Source: Leptogorgia sarmentosa
Lineage: Eukaryota
NCBI GenBank assembly: GCA_964658305.1
Contig: OZ210885.1
Coordinates: forward strand, 21,948,001 to 22,012,000
Direction of reading: 5' to 3'
DNA length: 64,000 nt
The notes below the pieces were generated by a model that saw nothing but the letters and a program-made list of their open reading frames with translations, had not been told where the DNA came from and ran no database searches. Both the position numbers and the translations under genes were made by a program. Shown piece by piece: positions 33,763 to 47,576 of this stretch (position 1 is the first letter of the stretch; every line of letters begins with the position of its first letter).

Positions 33763-33828
33763 GGGGATCGATGTTGAGAACCTCCACGCGGTGGTCCCCG
33801 GTAATGTCTTCAGACAGCTAATCTCAAC
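33763..33828 (+). ncRNA. HDV-like self-cleaving ribozyme
   Basis: P1 GGGGATC/GGTCCCC, P2 GTTGAGA/TCTCAAC, P3 ACC/GGT, L3 TCCACGC, P1.1 CC/GG, P4 TGTC-TTCA-GACA, J4/2 GCTAA with the catalytic-position C. Confidence 0.92.
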
Positions 33829-33901
33829 AGCCAAGAGTTGGAATCGGCATACTTACTTGGCGAAAAAAATTTCTGCCGTTAAGAAGTTAGTCTCGTTTAT
33901 C

Positions 33902-36253
33902 ATGACAAATAAAGAAGTGAATAATCTCGAAAACACTGCACTCCATACAGTTCCGCAAAAGCGATACAATGCTATCACAGTGGGTACCATCAATGTACGG
34001 ACACTCAGTAACAACATCAAACTGGGTCAAGCATTTGATGTATTCAACACCCTTCGTCACGATGTGTGTATGTTCCAGGAAATTCGGAGAGTAGGATATG
34101 GATGTATCGATGGTGACAATGGACAAAAATTTATCTGGTCAGGAATGGCCAGAAAAAAAGCAGCTGGCGTCGGGATCATGATATCTGACAGAGTGAAACT
34201 CGTGGATACTAAATTCATCAGTCCTAGAATTCTTCAGATCTTGGTTGTTATGCGTAATCTTCGCGTTGCCATTACATGTTGTTATGCTCCAACTGATTGT
34301 TCAACAGATAGTCAGAAGGACCTGTTTTACCGCAACCTACGCAGGACTCTTGAAAAAACATCCAAATCCTACAAGCACCTGTTGGCAGGAGATTTTAACT
34401 CAACAATTGGGCGTGACAACAACGATGTATGGAACTGCCTTGGTCGGACAAATTACGAAGAAAAAACAAATGACAATGGTACACGACTCCTAAGAACTGC
34501 AGAAGAGTTTAAACCTGCGTCTCGAAAATACCTTCCAGACCATCTAAATCACGACTCACCTCAACCTGGAAGTCCGCGAATGGGTTTGAGAAAAGGATTG
34601 ACTATATCCTGACAAGCAAATTCATAAAGCGATTCGTATCCAAAATTCGAGTGAGAAGAGGTTCATCGAAGCTATTTGACTCAGATCATTTTCTCATTGA
34701 AATGGAGCTTCTGATACCAGGCAAGAAAGAAATCACTCGCTGTGGTAAGACATCTAATTGTAAACCGAAAACAGACCTCAATGCTCCAAGACCCAGAAAT
34801 TTGTGACCGATATAATACGAAACTTGATGAACTTTTTGATCGAAATGAAGGTCCACATGAAGATATTGAAGAACTTAACACAACCATCTGTGAATGTCTT
34901 GATGAAGCAGCGAAGTCAGTATGTAACAATATTGGACCAATTCATAAATCCAAACCTTGGGAAGATGATGAGCTCCATCGATTGATGAACGAACAATGGG
35001 GAACTACAGATATACAGAAGCTCAAACTGATACGAAACAAAATCAAAGGCCGACGTAGCATCTTGATAAACAAATATTACGAAGAAAAAGCAAAATCCAT
35101 CAATGATGCTGTCATTCTTCGAGATGTTGCTCGTGAATTTAAAGAAGCTAAAAACTTCAATATGCACAAGAAGTCATCAAAATTGCAGATCGAAAACAAT
35201 AAATTACATGACCATTTTCAATCACATTTTGGTGAGGAGGATAATCTACCAATGCCCCCGGAACTTGTTGACCCAGAAGATTCGTGTCTGAAAGATTTTG
35301 TATATGTCGCAAAAGATGTTGATGAAATGCCACCTACAATGGAAGAGCTCCAAAAACATATGAAAAACATGAAAAACCAATGGTGTACTGGAGTGGATAA
35401 AGTTAAAATGAAAACATTGAAATATGGTACTAATTCACATGGTCTATGTAATTATTTGTTGTTCCTCATCACTCTGGTATGGGTGACATTTAAAGTTCCA
35501 GTGATATGGCTTCAAAGTAGTATATCATGTCTTTTCAAGAAAGGTAGCCAAGCTGATGCCGCTAACTACAGAGGGATCAGTATAACAGCAACACTTGCTC
35601 GAATCATCCCGATGATAATTCTAGACCGTGTAAGAGACTATTATGATGCTACGATCCACCAGTCTCAATATGGTTTCCGGCCAAACCGTGGATGCAATGA
35701 TGCCATTTTTATTCTTCGTAACCTTATAGACTCTGGTCAAACCATGTATTGCGTATTCGTTGACCTGACAGCAGCATATGACAAAATACCTTGTCGACTT
35801 TTGTTTCGTGTACTGGATATTCGCCTCGGCTGCACCCACCTAGTAGTACTGATCCAATCAATTTACACTAAAACAACAGCAAAGATCAAAGGATGTAAAC
35901 AATCGTTCGATGTTCTTACTGGATGTCGCCAAGGTGGACTTGAGTCACCAATGATATTCAACATCTACTTTGACACTGTATGTCGTGTTCTATTCCATGA
36001 ACTCAAGTCTGAGCTAGGAGATGATGTTGGTATAACATATCGATACAACATTCCGAGTGAAGCTACCAATCGTGATCAGAGGTCAAGAAATCCATCAAGC
36101 GGTCAAGGATATATCAATAGAATTTTATACGCTGATGATAAAATAATATTTTTCAAGTCGATTGCTGCGATGGAAAAAGGAATGATGATTGTTGAAAGAG
36201 TCTATAAAAGATACGGCTTGAGTCTATCAAGAAAGAAAACAGAATCTATGATT
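33902..36253 (+). pseudogene. LINE AP endonuclease and reverse transcriptase (frameshift near 34515)
   Basis: GTINVRTL, FQEIRR, CYAPT, GDFNS, SDH; NYRGIS, QYGFR, FVDLTAAYD, GCRQGGLESP, YADD. Confidence 0.9.
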
Positions 36254-37601
36254 TTTAGTGCAAAGTTTAACTTTGCAGTATTGTGATGAGGGGCGAAAAT
36301 TCACATCAGCGATTCAGCTATTCAGCTATTCAGCGATTCATTCATAGTGTAAACTCCGGGGGGAGAGTCCCAAATTCTCCTGATATGCGAAACTCCGTAG
36401 TTGACTGAAATCCTCACAATGTTTGAACAAAAGTTATCCGGTTATAGTGATATTTCATTGTTCATGATTATTAAAGTTATTCTTATGGATAAATAAGTTA
36501 TTTAGATGAGTTAAACGTGATCTAAACCAACAAATTACAATACACAATAGCGGAAATCCCCTCCGGAATTTCAATTTTTGCGAGAATTTCAACTAGCTGA
36601 GCGCGTGTTTGGGGGATTAAAATATTTGTGAACACAATATGGCGGACGCTAAGAGTGGAGCGGTGAATCAGTGAATGTGGCCAATATTGTTTGAATATGT
36701 TGGTAAAGCACTTAAAAGGTCGTTCATACATCTTTGATGAATCTAGAAAATTGCATTTGCTTATATGTAATACCAATAGAAATCATGTGTAGGTTTGTGT
36801 TGAGCAAATAACAGGCTACTGTCGTATTGAAATTTAACATAGTTGGGTACTCGCTATTAGGACCGATCCACTGACTACGACCAAAGTTTGGTCGAAGAAA
36901 CTTACATCGTTACTAGTAATAGCAAAATATATATACAGTGTTAAGAATACATCTATCAAACAGCAAACACTGATATTATTAGATACGACTTAGATTTAGT
37001 ATTCATGCCGTTTTGAAACGTGTCAAGCTCGTTGCCTCGTTTGTTGGCATCATACACGTGTTTACTCGAGCGTTCATTCACCACCGACACGGTCGTGAGT
37101 GTATTCAATTATACAAACCAGAGTTAAGTAGCAAGTAAGACATGAGTGGTGTAAAACACATGCATCGAACTGATCGAAGCGCTTCGCCAAATCTGTGGCT
37201 TCGCGAACGAAGTAGTTATACTAATTAATTAATGCTGTAATTTTTACGCATTTTATCTCAATGACATGTTATACGCACGAGTATAGCACGTGTAAAGCAT
37301 GCTCGGATAATTGAACGTGATTGGCTCGCTAAATATGGAAATTACATTGAGTTTCACTTGCGCTGTGTGAGGTGACAAAGTTCATATAAACAACCACAGC
37401 ATGTGCACAACACGCTGCGAATATTGAATATGATTGGCTAGCTGATCGATATGAATCAATACGGCTATCACACAAGATCATTTGTGACTTGTGTTGGCAT
37501 AGAACAAGTTGTTTGTTACGAAGAAGATGAAGTGCAAACCTTGCGCGATTTGTGAAATCCTCTTGACTCGTCAGAGGGCTATATTCAAAAGCAAAAGACG
37601 A

Positions 37602-37840
37602 GGAGATAGCCGACATGTTATCGCCACTCGCTTCACTTGCCAGCGAGCCTTATGTAATCGAGGTAAACGGCAAGGAGATAGCCAGCGTGTTATCGCCACT
37701 CGCTTCACTTGCCAGCGAGCCTTATGTAATCGAGAAAAACGACAAGGAGATAGCCAGCGTGTTATCGCCACTCGCTTCACTTGCCAGCGAGCCTTATGTA
37801 ATCGAGAAAAACGGCAAGGAGATAGCCCACGTGTTATCGA
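37602..37840 (+). repeat. 72-bp tandem repeat, ~3.3 copies
   Basis: GTTATCG recurs at 37617, 37689, 37761 and 37833. Confidence 0.9.
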
Positions 37841-39295
37841 CACGGACCTTGTGCACGGGTTTAGCACAACGGTGCAAAATCGTGTTCCATTGAAAGAGAA
37901 ACTGCTAAAATCTTATCAGAAATGATCAAATCTAACGAGAAACTATGTGAACTTATCTGAAACTATGAAAACTGTATGTGTGAAACAACTATGCTTACGT
38001 GAAACGCCTATTAATATTAGTCAAACTGCCGATGACCTTGGGAATACACTGTCAAAGGTCAATGACACTTGTATTTTAAAAGCACATCACAATTATGTAG
38101 AAGAAACAATTGATGCTAGTCTACAGCTAAATAATGATCCGAGTATAAAAGGTGAACTTTTATCCACGTTTACAATACAAAACAAGCACCTAACGTCTAA
38201 TCAGTCGTACGTTTTCGATCGAAGTAGATCGCGATGTATAAGACATTCAAAACATGCTAGAAAGCGTGATCGTGAACCGTCTAGAATTCCTATGAAAAAG
38301 TTTGTTCATTTAATGACCAAAAATAAAACAAGAAGGCGTAGAATTAAAAGTTTAATAAAGCAGTTCATTCCTAAGTCATGTTGGCACAATTTGCTCTCTA
38401 CAAGATACCGTAAATATGTAATTCATAAACCTACAAATACAAACATGTGGCAATTTCGGAAGCCAACAATTACTAAGTTTGCAAAGAATGTATATCTTAA
38501 AAGAGGTTTGAAAATTACTAACAAGCATACTACCAGAACAAGAAAACACAAATTGTTTAAATTGAACAAGACTGAAAGTAAATGCAATGTACAAAGAATA
38601 AAAACATGTGGAAAATTATTGTTATTTGTATGTGGTGATATTGAGTTAAACCCGGGTCCCGTAAATACTTCAGCTATGTCAATGTTAACGACACGATTAG
38701 CTCGCATAGGACGAAAGCCAGTAAATATTGTCGGTGATGGTAATTGCTTCTTTCGTAGTGTAAGTCACCAACTTTACGGAACTGAGGATCGTCATCCACA
38801 AATAAGAGCTCTTGCAATCCAACATTTGATAAATTGTCCAGAACATTTCGTGGAATATAACACTGATCAATCATGGATGCAATATTTAGGAAATATATCG
38901 ACACTTGGCACATGGGCAGATCATATTATTATACAGGCAGTTGCTAATACAAATAATTTACGAATTAACATCACTGAAAGTGCACTAAACTTTTCTGAGT
39001 CAACAGTTATAAACTCTATTTATAATCAAACTCAAGGACGAAATGCGAGAAACATTTTTATAGGCCATCTTGATGAACTGCATTATGTATCAACCACGCC
39101 TATCACACAATCTTTTTCTGCACAAACAAATCATAAGAATACATGAAAGAATATATGAAACAAAGAAGAAAAGATAATAAATTCAAAAAGAATGAACTTG
39201 AAAGAAAGAAGTCTTACAATAGAAAATATAAAAATTTAAACCCTGAAAAAATAAAAGAATCTTGGCAAAAAGCCTCTGCAACATACAAGGAAACA

Positions 39296-39995
39296 AATCC
39301 TGAGAAGGTTAAGCAATCCTCTAAGACAGCCACTGCAACATACATGCATAACAACCCTGACAAAGTGAAGGAATGTAGAAAGCGAGCTGATGCATTGTAC
39401 AAAAAATCAAATCCTGAGAAGGTTAAGCAATCTTCTAAGACAGCCACTGCAACATACATGCATAACAATCCTGACAAAGTTAAGGAATGTAGAAAGCGAG
39501 CTGATGCATTATACAAAAAATCAAATCCTGAGAAAGTTAAGCAATCTTCTAAGACAGCCGCTGCAACATACATGCATAACAATCCTGACAAAGTGAAGGA
39601 ATGTAGAAAGCGAGCTAATGCATTATACAAAAAATCAAATCCTGAGAAGGTTAAGCAATCTTCTAAGACAGCCACTGCAACATACATGCATAACAATCCT
39701 GACAAAGTGAAGGAATGTAGAAAGCGAGCTAATGCATTATACAGAAAATCAAATCCTGAGAAGGTTAAGAAATCTTCTAAGACAGCCACTGCAACATACA
39801 TGCATAACAATCCTGACAAAGTGAAGGAATGTAGAAAGCGAGCTAATGCATTATACAGAAAATCAAATCCTGAGAAGGTTAAGCAATCTTCTAAGACAGC
39901 CACTGCAACATACATGCATAACAATCCCGACAAAGTGAAGGAATGTAGAAAGCGAGCTAATGCATTATACAGAAAATCAAATCCTGAGAAGGTTG
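39296..39995 (+). repeat. Coding 114-bp (38-aa) tandem repeat, ~6 copies
   Basis: Unit NPEKVKQSSKTATATYMHN-NPDKVKECRKRANALYKKS, built from two 19-aa subunits. Confidence 0.95.
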
Positions 39996-40080
39996 CGGAA
40001 TCATTTAAAAAATCAAGCAGAATTTATAATCAAAGCTATCCAGAGAGAGTTCAAAATATTCAAAAAAGGAGTTATGTTAA

Positions 40081-41649
40081 GGGGGTCCAATACTCAAATT
40101 TTCATGAAATTGTCCAATTTCAAAATTAACCGCCTTACTATCTTTGAACCAACTTTCATCTTTTCCAAAATGTTTTATTGTAATAATTGTGCATAATAAC
40201 GAGTTATTCACATTTTTCGTGGTCCTTTGGTCGAGACCGCGCGGGATAGTACTGGTGACTAGTTGCCATTCTCGCTGCCAGAGCCAAGATGGCGGTTGGA
40301 AAGGAGTTCGTTTTGTGCGCGAAGCATGTCTAGCGTGGACGAACCTCTAAACCGCCAAGATTTAACCTCAATCAGTTGTGTGAGGACATCATAAAGTCTC
40401 ATGATCACGATCCCTGTCACACAAAGAATCGTCGTGATATAATGCCACGTAAAAGTGCGACAATTGGTCGTGCTTGTGTGGTTTGGGAGGCTGATTGTTA
40501 AATCGTCTTGAAGCACGAAAAATATTTGCAATTTTACTTCAGACATGTAAGTTGTATGTGTCTAAGTAGGCTCTGGCGTTCGGAGATGTTTGGCAGACGT
40601 AGTGCTTCAAGACTTAGTATAGGGGGAGTGCAATTCCCTCTTTCTGCCCACCGGCCACATCAGCTCGCCAAATTTTCCACATCTACCCATAATACACTAC
40701 GGTCGTTGTTTGAATTTAAATATACTTAATATTCCGTTTTTCAACGGTTTTTCAACGGTTTTGTAATGGCGGTGTCTAGACTGAATATATTGGTCAATTT
40801 CCGCATACGCTTCGACGTTTTTGACCAATATTTACCAGTGATTTTCAGGGGAATTCGTTGCTACAGCGTAATGAAGGAAGTGAAATAGCTTTGAGAAGGC
40901 AAAATTCATGAAAAACATGCTCTCATGGACTTCAGCGGCGAAAGTATTCATGATATTTGAAAGCCGAATTAATACATGACATCATGTACATTAAGTGAAA
41001 TATACATGAATGTACCGTCTGGTAAATACTACTTGTACTAAATGATCTCATTTGTCTTACCAAATCATTACCATTTGTGTACGGATAATTTTTGTATGCA
41101 AACATGTTATCATGAGACATTTATTAAACGTTTAACTTTGTCAAAATTTTAAATGCCTTTTTCTCAAAACAGCGAAAATCCAATTGCGTGCAGGATATCT
41201 CAAGAAGTATTCAACCTATTGACTTCAAACTTTCAGTGTAGCTTCTGTGTTGCATTCTCTTGGGGATGAACTAGGATCATCAAAATATCTAGTATAACAT
41301 TGAAGTTGTGATAGTCAGTACCATACCAATAATATCTATTTTCAATATTTTGTCCGTAAAAAAATTATTTTTGCCTCAATCACCATAGTCCTAGTTCATC
41401 CCCAAGAGCATGTGCTATACTATTAAACAAAAGTTATTTTAGATTTTTATCTTTCATACTTCTTCAGATATCATGTTTACAAATATGTAAATTTTTCACC
41501 ACCGGGGGGTAATTAACATGGTAACCATGGCAACAGTAACTTTGACAAACATTTTTTTATCTTAGTGGTACCATGCCCTAATAACTGACCAAAGTGGAAC
41601 ATCATAGCATTAAAACACAAGAAATTTTTTTTTTGAGTATTGGACCCCC
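40081..41649. mobile_element. Non-autonomous TIR element, Kolobok-like
   Basis: TIRs GGGGGTCCAATACTCAAA / TTTGAGTATTGGACCCCC; TTAA on the left flank only. It interrupts RepHel. Confidence 0.7.
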
Positions 41650-44600
41650 TAGCTTGTAGGGAAAATGAAAATGAGAGTAAACAGAAGAGATTGAGATGTA
41701 ACTGCCAAGATAATCCTGTTGAAACTTTAAATGTAACTTCTAGTGATACGAAGTTGTCAAGAAGCATACCAAAAGCCATTGAATTATTTCATAAGAACAT
41801 TAGTGTTGGACCAGAATACATTTGTACGTGTTGTGACCAACTGTGGTATAGGTCGTCTGTCACTCAATGTAATGCTTCTTTGTATAAGTCGTGTTCAAAA
41901 GAAATTCTCAATTCATGCCTTACTGGTCTCAAAAGCATTGACAATACTGAATGGATATGTAGTACATGCCACTCAAACCTAAAAGCTGGCAAACTTCCTA
42001 CTTGTGCTAAGGCAAATAAAATGAGTTTCCCAGAAAAGCCTGCTATCTTAAAGGATTTGACACCTCTTGAAGAAAGATTAATTTCGCCAAGAATACCTTT
42101 TATGCAAGTACGAGAACTTCCTACAGGAGGCCAATTGAGTATTCATGGAAATGTAGTTAACGTACCTGCAGATGTTAATTCTACTGTAAGCGTTTTACCA
42201 AGACCAATCAATGAATCACAGACTATTCCAATTAAATTGAAGCGTCGCCTTGGTTACAAACACCATTATCAATTTCAGAATGTTAGACCTAGTAAAGTTT
42301 TGGAAGCTGCTCAATATTTAGTTCGTACCAGTGAAATATTTAGAAACGAAGGAATACAAGTAATGGAAAGTTACATACCAAATCAAGTCGATAATAATGA
42401 AGAGGAGTGGTCAGAATTTATTTCCAAGGATGGACAGAACACCTCAAAAAAACTTATCAGAAGATGTGAACGCTCAAAGTGAAAAAGAAGTTGACACAAA
42501 TACAAGTAATGACTTGATTGACAATGATACAGACGATGAGTGGTGTGAAACAACTGAACGTTCATCTGGTGTTATGGATACATTATTGCAAGAACCAGAC
42601 ATTACTCAAGATGGTGATAGAATAATAAGCTTTGCACCAGGAGAAGGTAATAGACCACTTGGCATATTTACAGACAAAGATTCTGAATTTCTTTCATTTC
42701 CCACTATTTATTGTGGAAAACGTCAAGCTGACAACAGTGAAAGACTTGTGCCTGTTCACTATAGCACAATGTGTAAATGGGAACTCCGAAGCAAAGATAG
42801 AAGAGTCGCGCAGTCTGTGCCAAACATTTTTTACAAACTAAAGAAATTACAGATCAGACAAATTCAAGGAAGTGCAAGTTTATCATTATGTAAGTGTAAA
42901 ACTAAAGGTAAAACATACACTGCTGGAGATTTAAAGTCAGAAAGTTGTGTCAACAAGTTAATAAATTTGGATGAAGGATTTAGAGTTTTACGAAATTTAC
43001 GTGGATCACCTCCATATTTTGAAAGGTGTAAAAAAGATCTATTTGCCATGATTCGCCAGCTTAGTAAACCTACGTGGTTCAGTTCATTTTCAGCAGCTGA
43101 AACACGGTGGATTCATTTGATTAAAATTCTCGGCCGCCTTATAGACAATAAAGATTATAGTGATGACGAAATTAAACAAATGACATGGCAGAAAAAATCT
43201 GAACTGATACAGAAAGATCCAGTCACATGTGCACGAAATTTTGAGCATATGGTACAGTTATTCATTCACGACATTATTAAAAGCCCAAGTCATCCAATTG
43301 GAGAAGTTGTTGACTTTTTCTATCGCGTCGAATTCCAGCAAAGAGGTTCTCCACATATCCACGGCTTATTCTGGATAAAAAGTGCTCCTGAGTATGGTAA
43401 AGATACCGATGAAGATATTGCTGAGTTTGTCGATAGTTATGTTTCATGCAAAGCTGACGCGGATGATTTAACTGATCTGGTAAATTTACAAAGGCATAAA
43501 CACTCTAAAACGTGTAAGAAGAGAGGTCACGCCGTTTGTAGATTTAATTTTCCGTTACCACCAATGCCAATCTGTGATTGATCTTGATGAAAATGTCGCG
43601 GCTATATTGAAGAAAGCTTTAGAACGAATACATGAGTTATTAAACTCTATCAAAGCAGATGAAACCATGACATTTGTTGAGTTTCTTCAAAAGCTAGGTT
43701 TATCAGAACAGCAGTATATAAAAGCCATAAGGCTTTCTCTCAAACACAGTACGCTGTTATTGAAACGATCGCCATCTGAGATTAGAGTAAACTGCTACAA
43801 TCCAAACTTACTCAAAGCTTGGCAAGCTAACATGGATATTCAGTTTGTTCTAGATCCTTATGCTTGTGCTGTTTATATCCTTACATATATTACTAAAGGT
43901 CAGAGGGGGATGAGTAAGTTACTTCGTAAAGCATGTGAAGAAGCAAAAGAAGGCAATAAGAATATTGTTAACAAGGTGAGACATATTGGTAACAAGTTTC
44001 TAAATGCTGTTGAAATAAGTGCACAAGAAGCGGTTTACTTAGTTCTCCAGATGCCTTTGAGAAGATCCTCTCGAGAATTCCAATTTATCAACACATCCGA
44101 TCCAGATGAAAGAACATTCTTATTAAAAAGCATGGATAAGATTAAAGAACTTCCCGACAATTCGTGTGATATTGAGTCAGACAACATAATTAAAAGATAT
44201 CAGCGACGACCAAAGCAACTGGAAAATGTATGCCTAGCAGATTTTGTTGCATGGTATAACTGCAAAAGTGAGGGTAATGAGCAGATGAAAGCTAAACGAG
44301 ACACATCTTCGACAGATGTATATCTTGCCGAAAATAATGTAGATGATAATTTAGATGATGATCTTTCAGATTTAGAGCAAACAGCTGATAAGGATGAATA
44401 TCAAATGAAAGGTGGAATAACACTTATAAAGAGACAAAAACCCAGGATAATACGATCAGTTAGATTCAATAGAAACAAAGATCCAGAAAATTTCTGCAGA
44501 GAACAAATAATGCTTTACACTGCTTGGAGAAATGAAACGACAGATCTTCTAAAACACTCCCAGACTTACCAAGATCGGTTCGAAGTGCTCAAAGATGTGA

Positions 44601-47576
44601 TAGAGCAAAACAGACAACAATATGAGTATCATACCGAAGCTCTTGATCAGGCAGTACAAGATATAGAAAGTGAGGAATCTAGTGCTGCAGTAGCTCCCAA
44701 TGCACAATATCGAGATGAACAAGATAAAGAAATTGGCTCAAAAGCAAGTGAATTATTTGGATGCTTCGATCCAGGGAAAGATAAACAACATGCTGAATAC
44801 GACTTGATCAATGATATTGGTATATATCCAAGAACGAATGACGACGAAGAACTTCTAGTGAAGAGATTGAAAGATGCTGATTTTAGAAAACTTGTGCAAT
44901 CACTCAATATCGAACAAAAAGAGTTTTTTTACCATGTACTAAACTGTGTTAAAACTAATAAGCTGCCATTAAGACTGTTTTTAAGCGGAGGTGCAGGTGT
45001 AGGTAAAAGTACTGTCACAAATGCTTTATATGAAGCTCTTATCAGATACTTAAATGCTCAGCCAGAAAATAATCCCGATGATGTTAGTGTTGTTAAAGTT
45101 GCGCCAACAGGCAAAGCTGCATTCAACATAAGAGGAAATACACTTCATTCTGCCTTTAAGATTCCAGCAAACAGAGGATTCAATTACTGCACACTTGATA
45201 GAGACAGATTGAATACAATAAGGTGCCAGTTACAGTGAATGCAGGTTGTGTTTATTGACGAGATATCAATGGTAGGCAGTGGTATGTTTAATTTTCTTGA
45301 CTTACGGTTGCAACAAATTATGGGAACAAAGGAACCTTTTGGTGGTCTTAGTATAATAACGGTTGGGGACTTGTTTCAACTCAAACCAGTTTTTGATCAT
45401 TGGATATTTGAGAACTCAAAAGATGGGTATAATGCATTAGCAACCAATCTCTGGCAACTGTATTTCCAAATGTTTGAATTATCAGAAGTAATGAGACAAA
45501 GAGAAGACAAAGACTTTGCTGAAATTTTAAATCGTATCCGAGAAGGAAAACATACTGAATCTGACATTGAAATTTTGAAAGAAAGAATTTTGAAGCTTAG
45601 TCCAGAACATCCTGATTATCCAATAAATTCAACTCACTTATTTAGTACTAACATGGCAGTTGATGAACATAATCACGATATTTTTCAAAAATATACAAAC
45701 GAGAAGGTTCAAATAAAAGCAATTGATATTGTACTTGGAGATTTCTCTGATGAGTTAAAAGAAAGACTTAAAAAACAAATACCAAACGATCCTTCAAAAA
45801 CTATGGGCTTGTACTTAAAGTGTTGTGTACTTAAAGAAGCAAAATATGATCTTACGACAAACGTATCAGTTGCTGATGGTATGACTAATGGCGCTGAGTG
45901 TATTATTAAGAAAATTGATTACCGAGTACCAGGCTCATCAAGACCAAGTATTATTTGGGTTTTATTTCAAGAAGAACACATTGGGAAAGATTATTGCAAA
46001 GAATACTCTCATCTTTACAACCAAACTATAGATAAACATTGGGTCCCAATTTTAGAGATCACAAGGCAGTTCAGAAGACACCAAATGCAAGTTCTTCGCA
46101 GACAATTTCCTTTGAGACCATCTGCAGCTAAAACTATTCATCGTTGTCAGGGAGATACATTGAATGAAGCAGTTGTTGACCTTCCATCATGTAAACGAGA
46201 ACATATGCATTATGTTGCACTCAGCAGACTTAGAAGCATCTCAGGACTGCATATTCTGAACATGAATGAAAATAAAATTGCTGTTAGCAAAAAAGTACAA
46301 GAAGAAATGACAAGATTGAGACAAGAAGCAACACTAAACAGCCATATTCCTTTCCTTTATAAAGATACAAGTGGTTCATTTAAAGTACTGTTTCAAAATG
46401 TGAGATCACTACATCTTCATGTTGCTGATGTTGCTAGTGATTACAATGTGAAAGCGGCCGATGTTAATATATTTGTGGAATCTGCTCTGTGTAGTAACGA
46501 TGACAGTGCATTATATGACATTTCTGGCTTTCAATTATCTAGGAATGATTTTACACAACATGGTGTGAGAACACCTTATGGAACTGCTGTTTACGTAAAA
46601 AATGATGTTCAACTTATCTCAGAACCGTTAAGATGCAATTACAATGATGTTGAAATGACGTTACTCAAGGCTAACCAACCAGTAAATAATTTGCATATTG
46701 TAGCAATTTATCGCTCTGCATCAAAGGTGAAAATCTCAAGGTTCATAGATGCCTTAAAACGTTTGCATTCTACTTTTTTAAATGATCCAAATATTCCTGT
46801 TATAATTGTTGGAGACTTCAATGTTAATCTAAATGAAAATGCTTCCGACAAAAATACACTTTGTAAATACCTAATCGAAGAAAAGAAATATGTACAACTT
46901 ATTAACCAAGTGACAACCGATTATAAATCACGAATTGATCACATTTACACTAATATACATCACAGAGTGAAAAACAGTGGTGTTTTAGAATCATACTTTA
47001 GCGATCATAAGCCTATCTTTGTCTCACTTATATAATGTATAATCTTGTAATTTCTGCACAATTAATGCGACAATGCAGGGTTGAAGTAGTATAACGAAAA
47101 TCAAGTTAGCTATGGATAAATTGCAATGAGGGCATTCGGCCAGTTATAATAATCTTCACACAATATCGACAAACATAAATATATATTGTACATTGCCGCC
47201 TGCCCCCTCTTTCCCGAGGGGTTGATGTCCATGCTTGTCAGGGACATATAAAAGAAGATTTCCCCAAAGTGCCGTCCAGCTAATAAAAAGGTAAGTTTAC
47301 TTCACCCATTTTATCTCACTTTTTTCTCAAGTTCGTGTTTTCCTGACCGGATCATGATTCAAATTAATTCAATTTTTATTATTTTATAGTGACATCATAA
47401 CCATCGTCTTCATTTAACATTATATGTAAAGGAAAGCCAGAACAAATAAGGTAAAGGTAGATCTTGTTTGTGGTAGCAATTTCTATTATGATTTGCATAA
47501 AGCTTACTTTATGTCCTTTTAGTTAGAAATTTTTACCCAGATGGAATTTAATCAATTAGTCTACAAGAACACCTGC

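Larger units (their letters stand above)
37947..47035 (+). pseudogene. Helentron RepHel polyprotein: leader, 2A-like motif, OTU, 38-aa repeats, Cys-rich region, HUH Rep, Pif1 helicase, AP endonuclease; disrupted
   Basis: [82 protein letters not shown]. Breaks: frameshifts near 39145, 42450 and 43575, insertion 40081-41649, in-frame TGA at 45236. Confidence 0.92.

Noticed and set aside
33722..33901. ORF-track N-terminal extension of the LINE endonuclease
   Set aside because: It starts in host transposase DNA upstream of the ribozyme cleavage site, so it cannot be in the LINE RNA.
39214..39933. 239-aa antisense repeat ORF
   Set aside because: Shadow of the stop-free 114-bp repeat on the opposite strand.
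45236..45241. Programmed readthrough or stop-restart at TGAATG in the helicase
   Set aside because: It splits Walker A from Walker B in an ORF that has several other lesions; a nonsense mutation is simpler.
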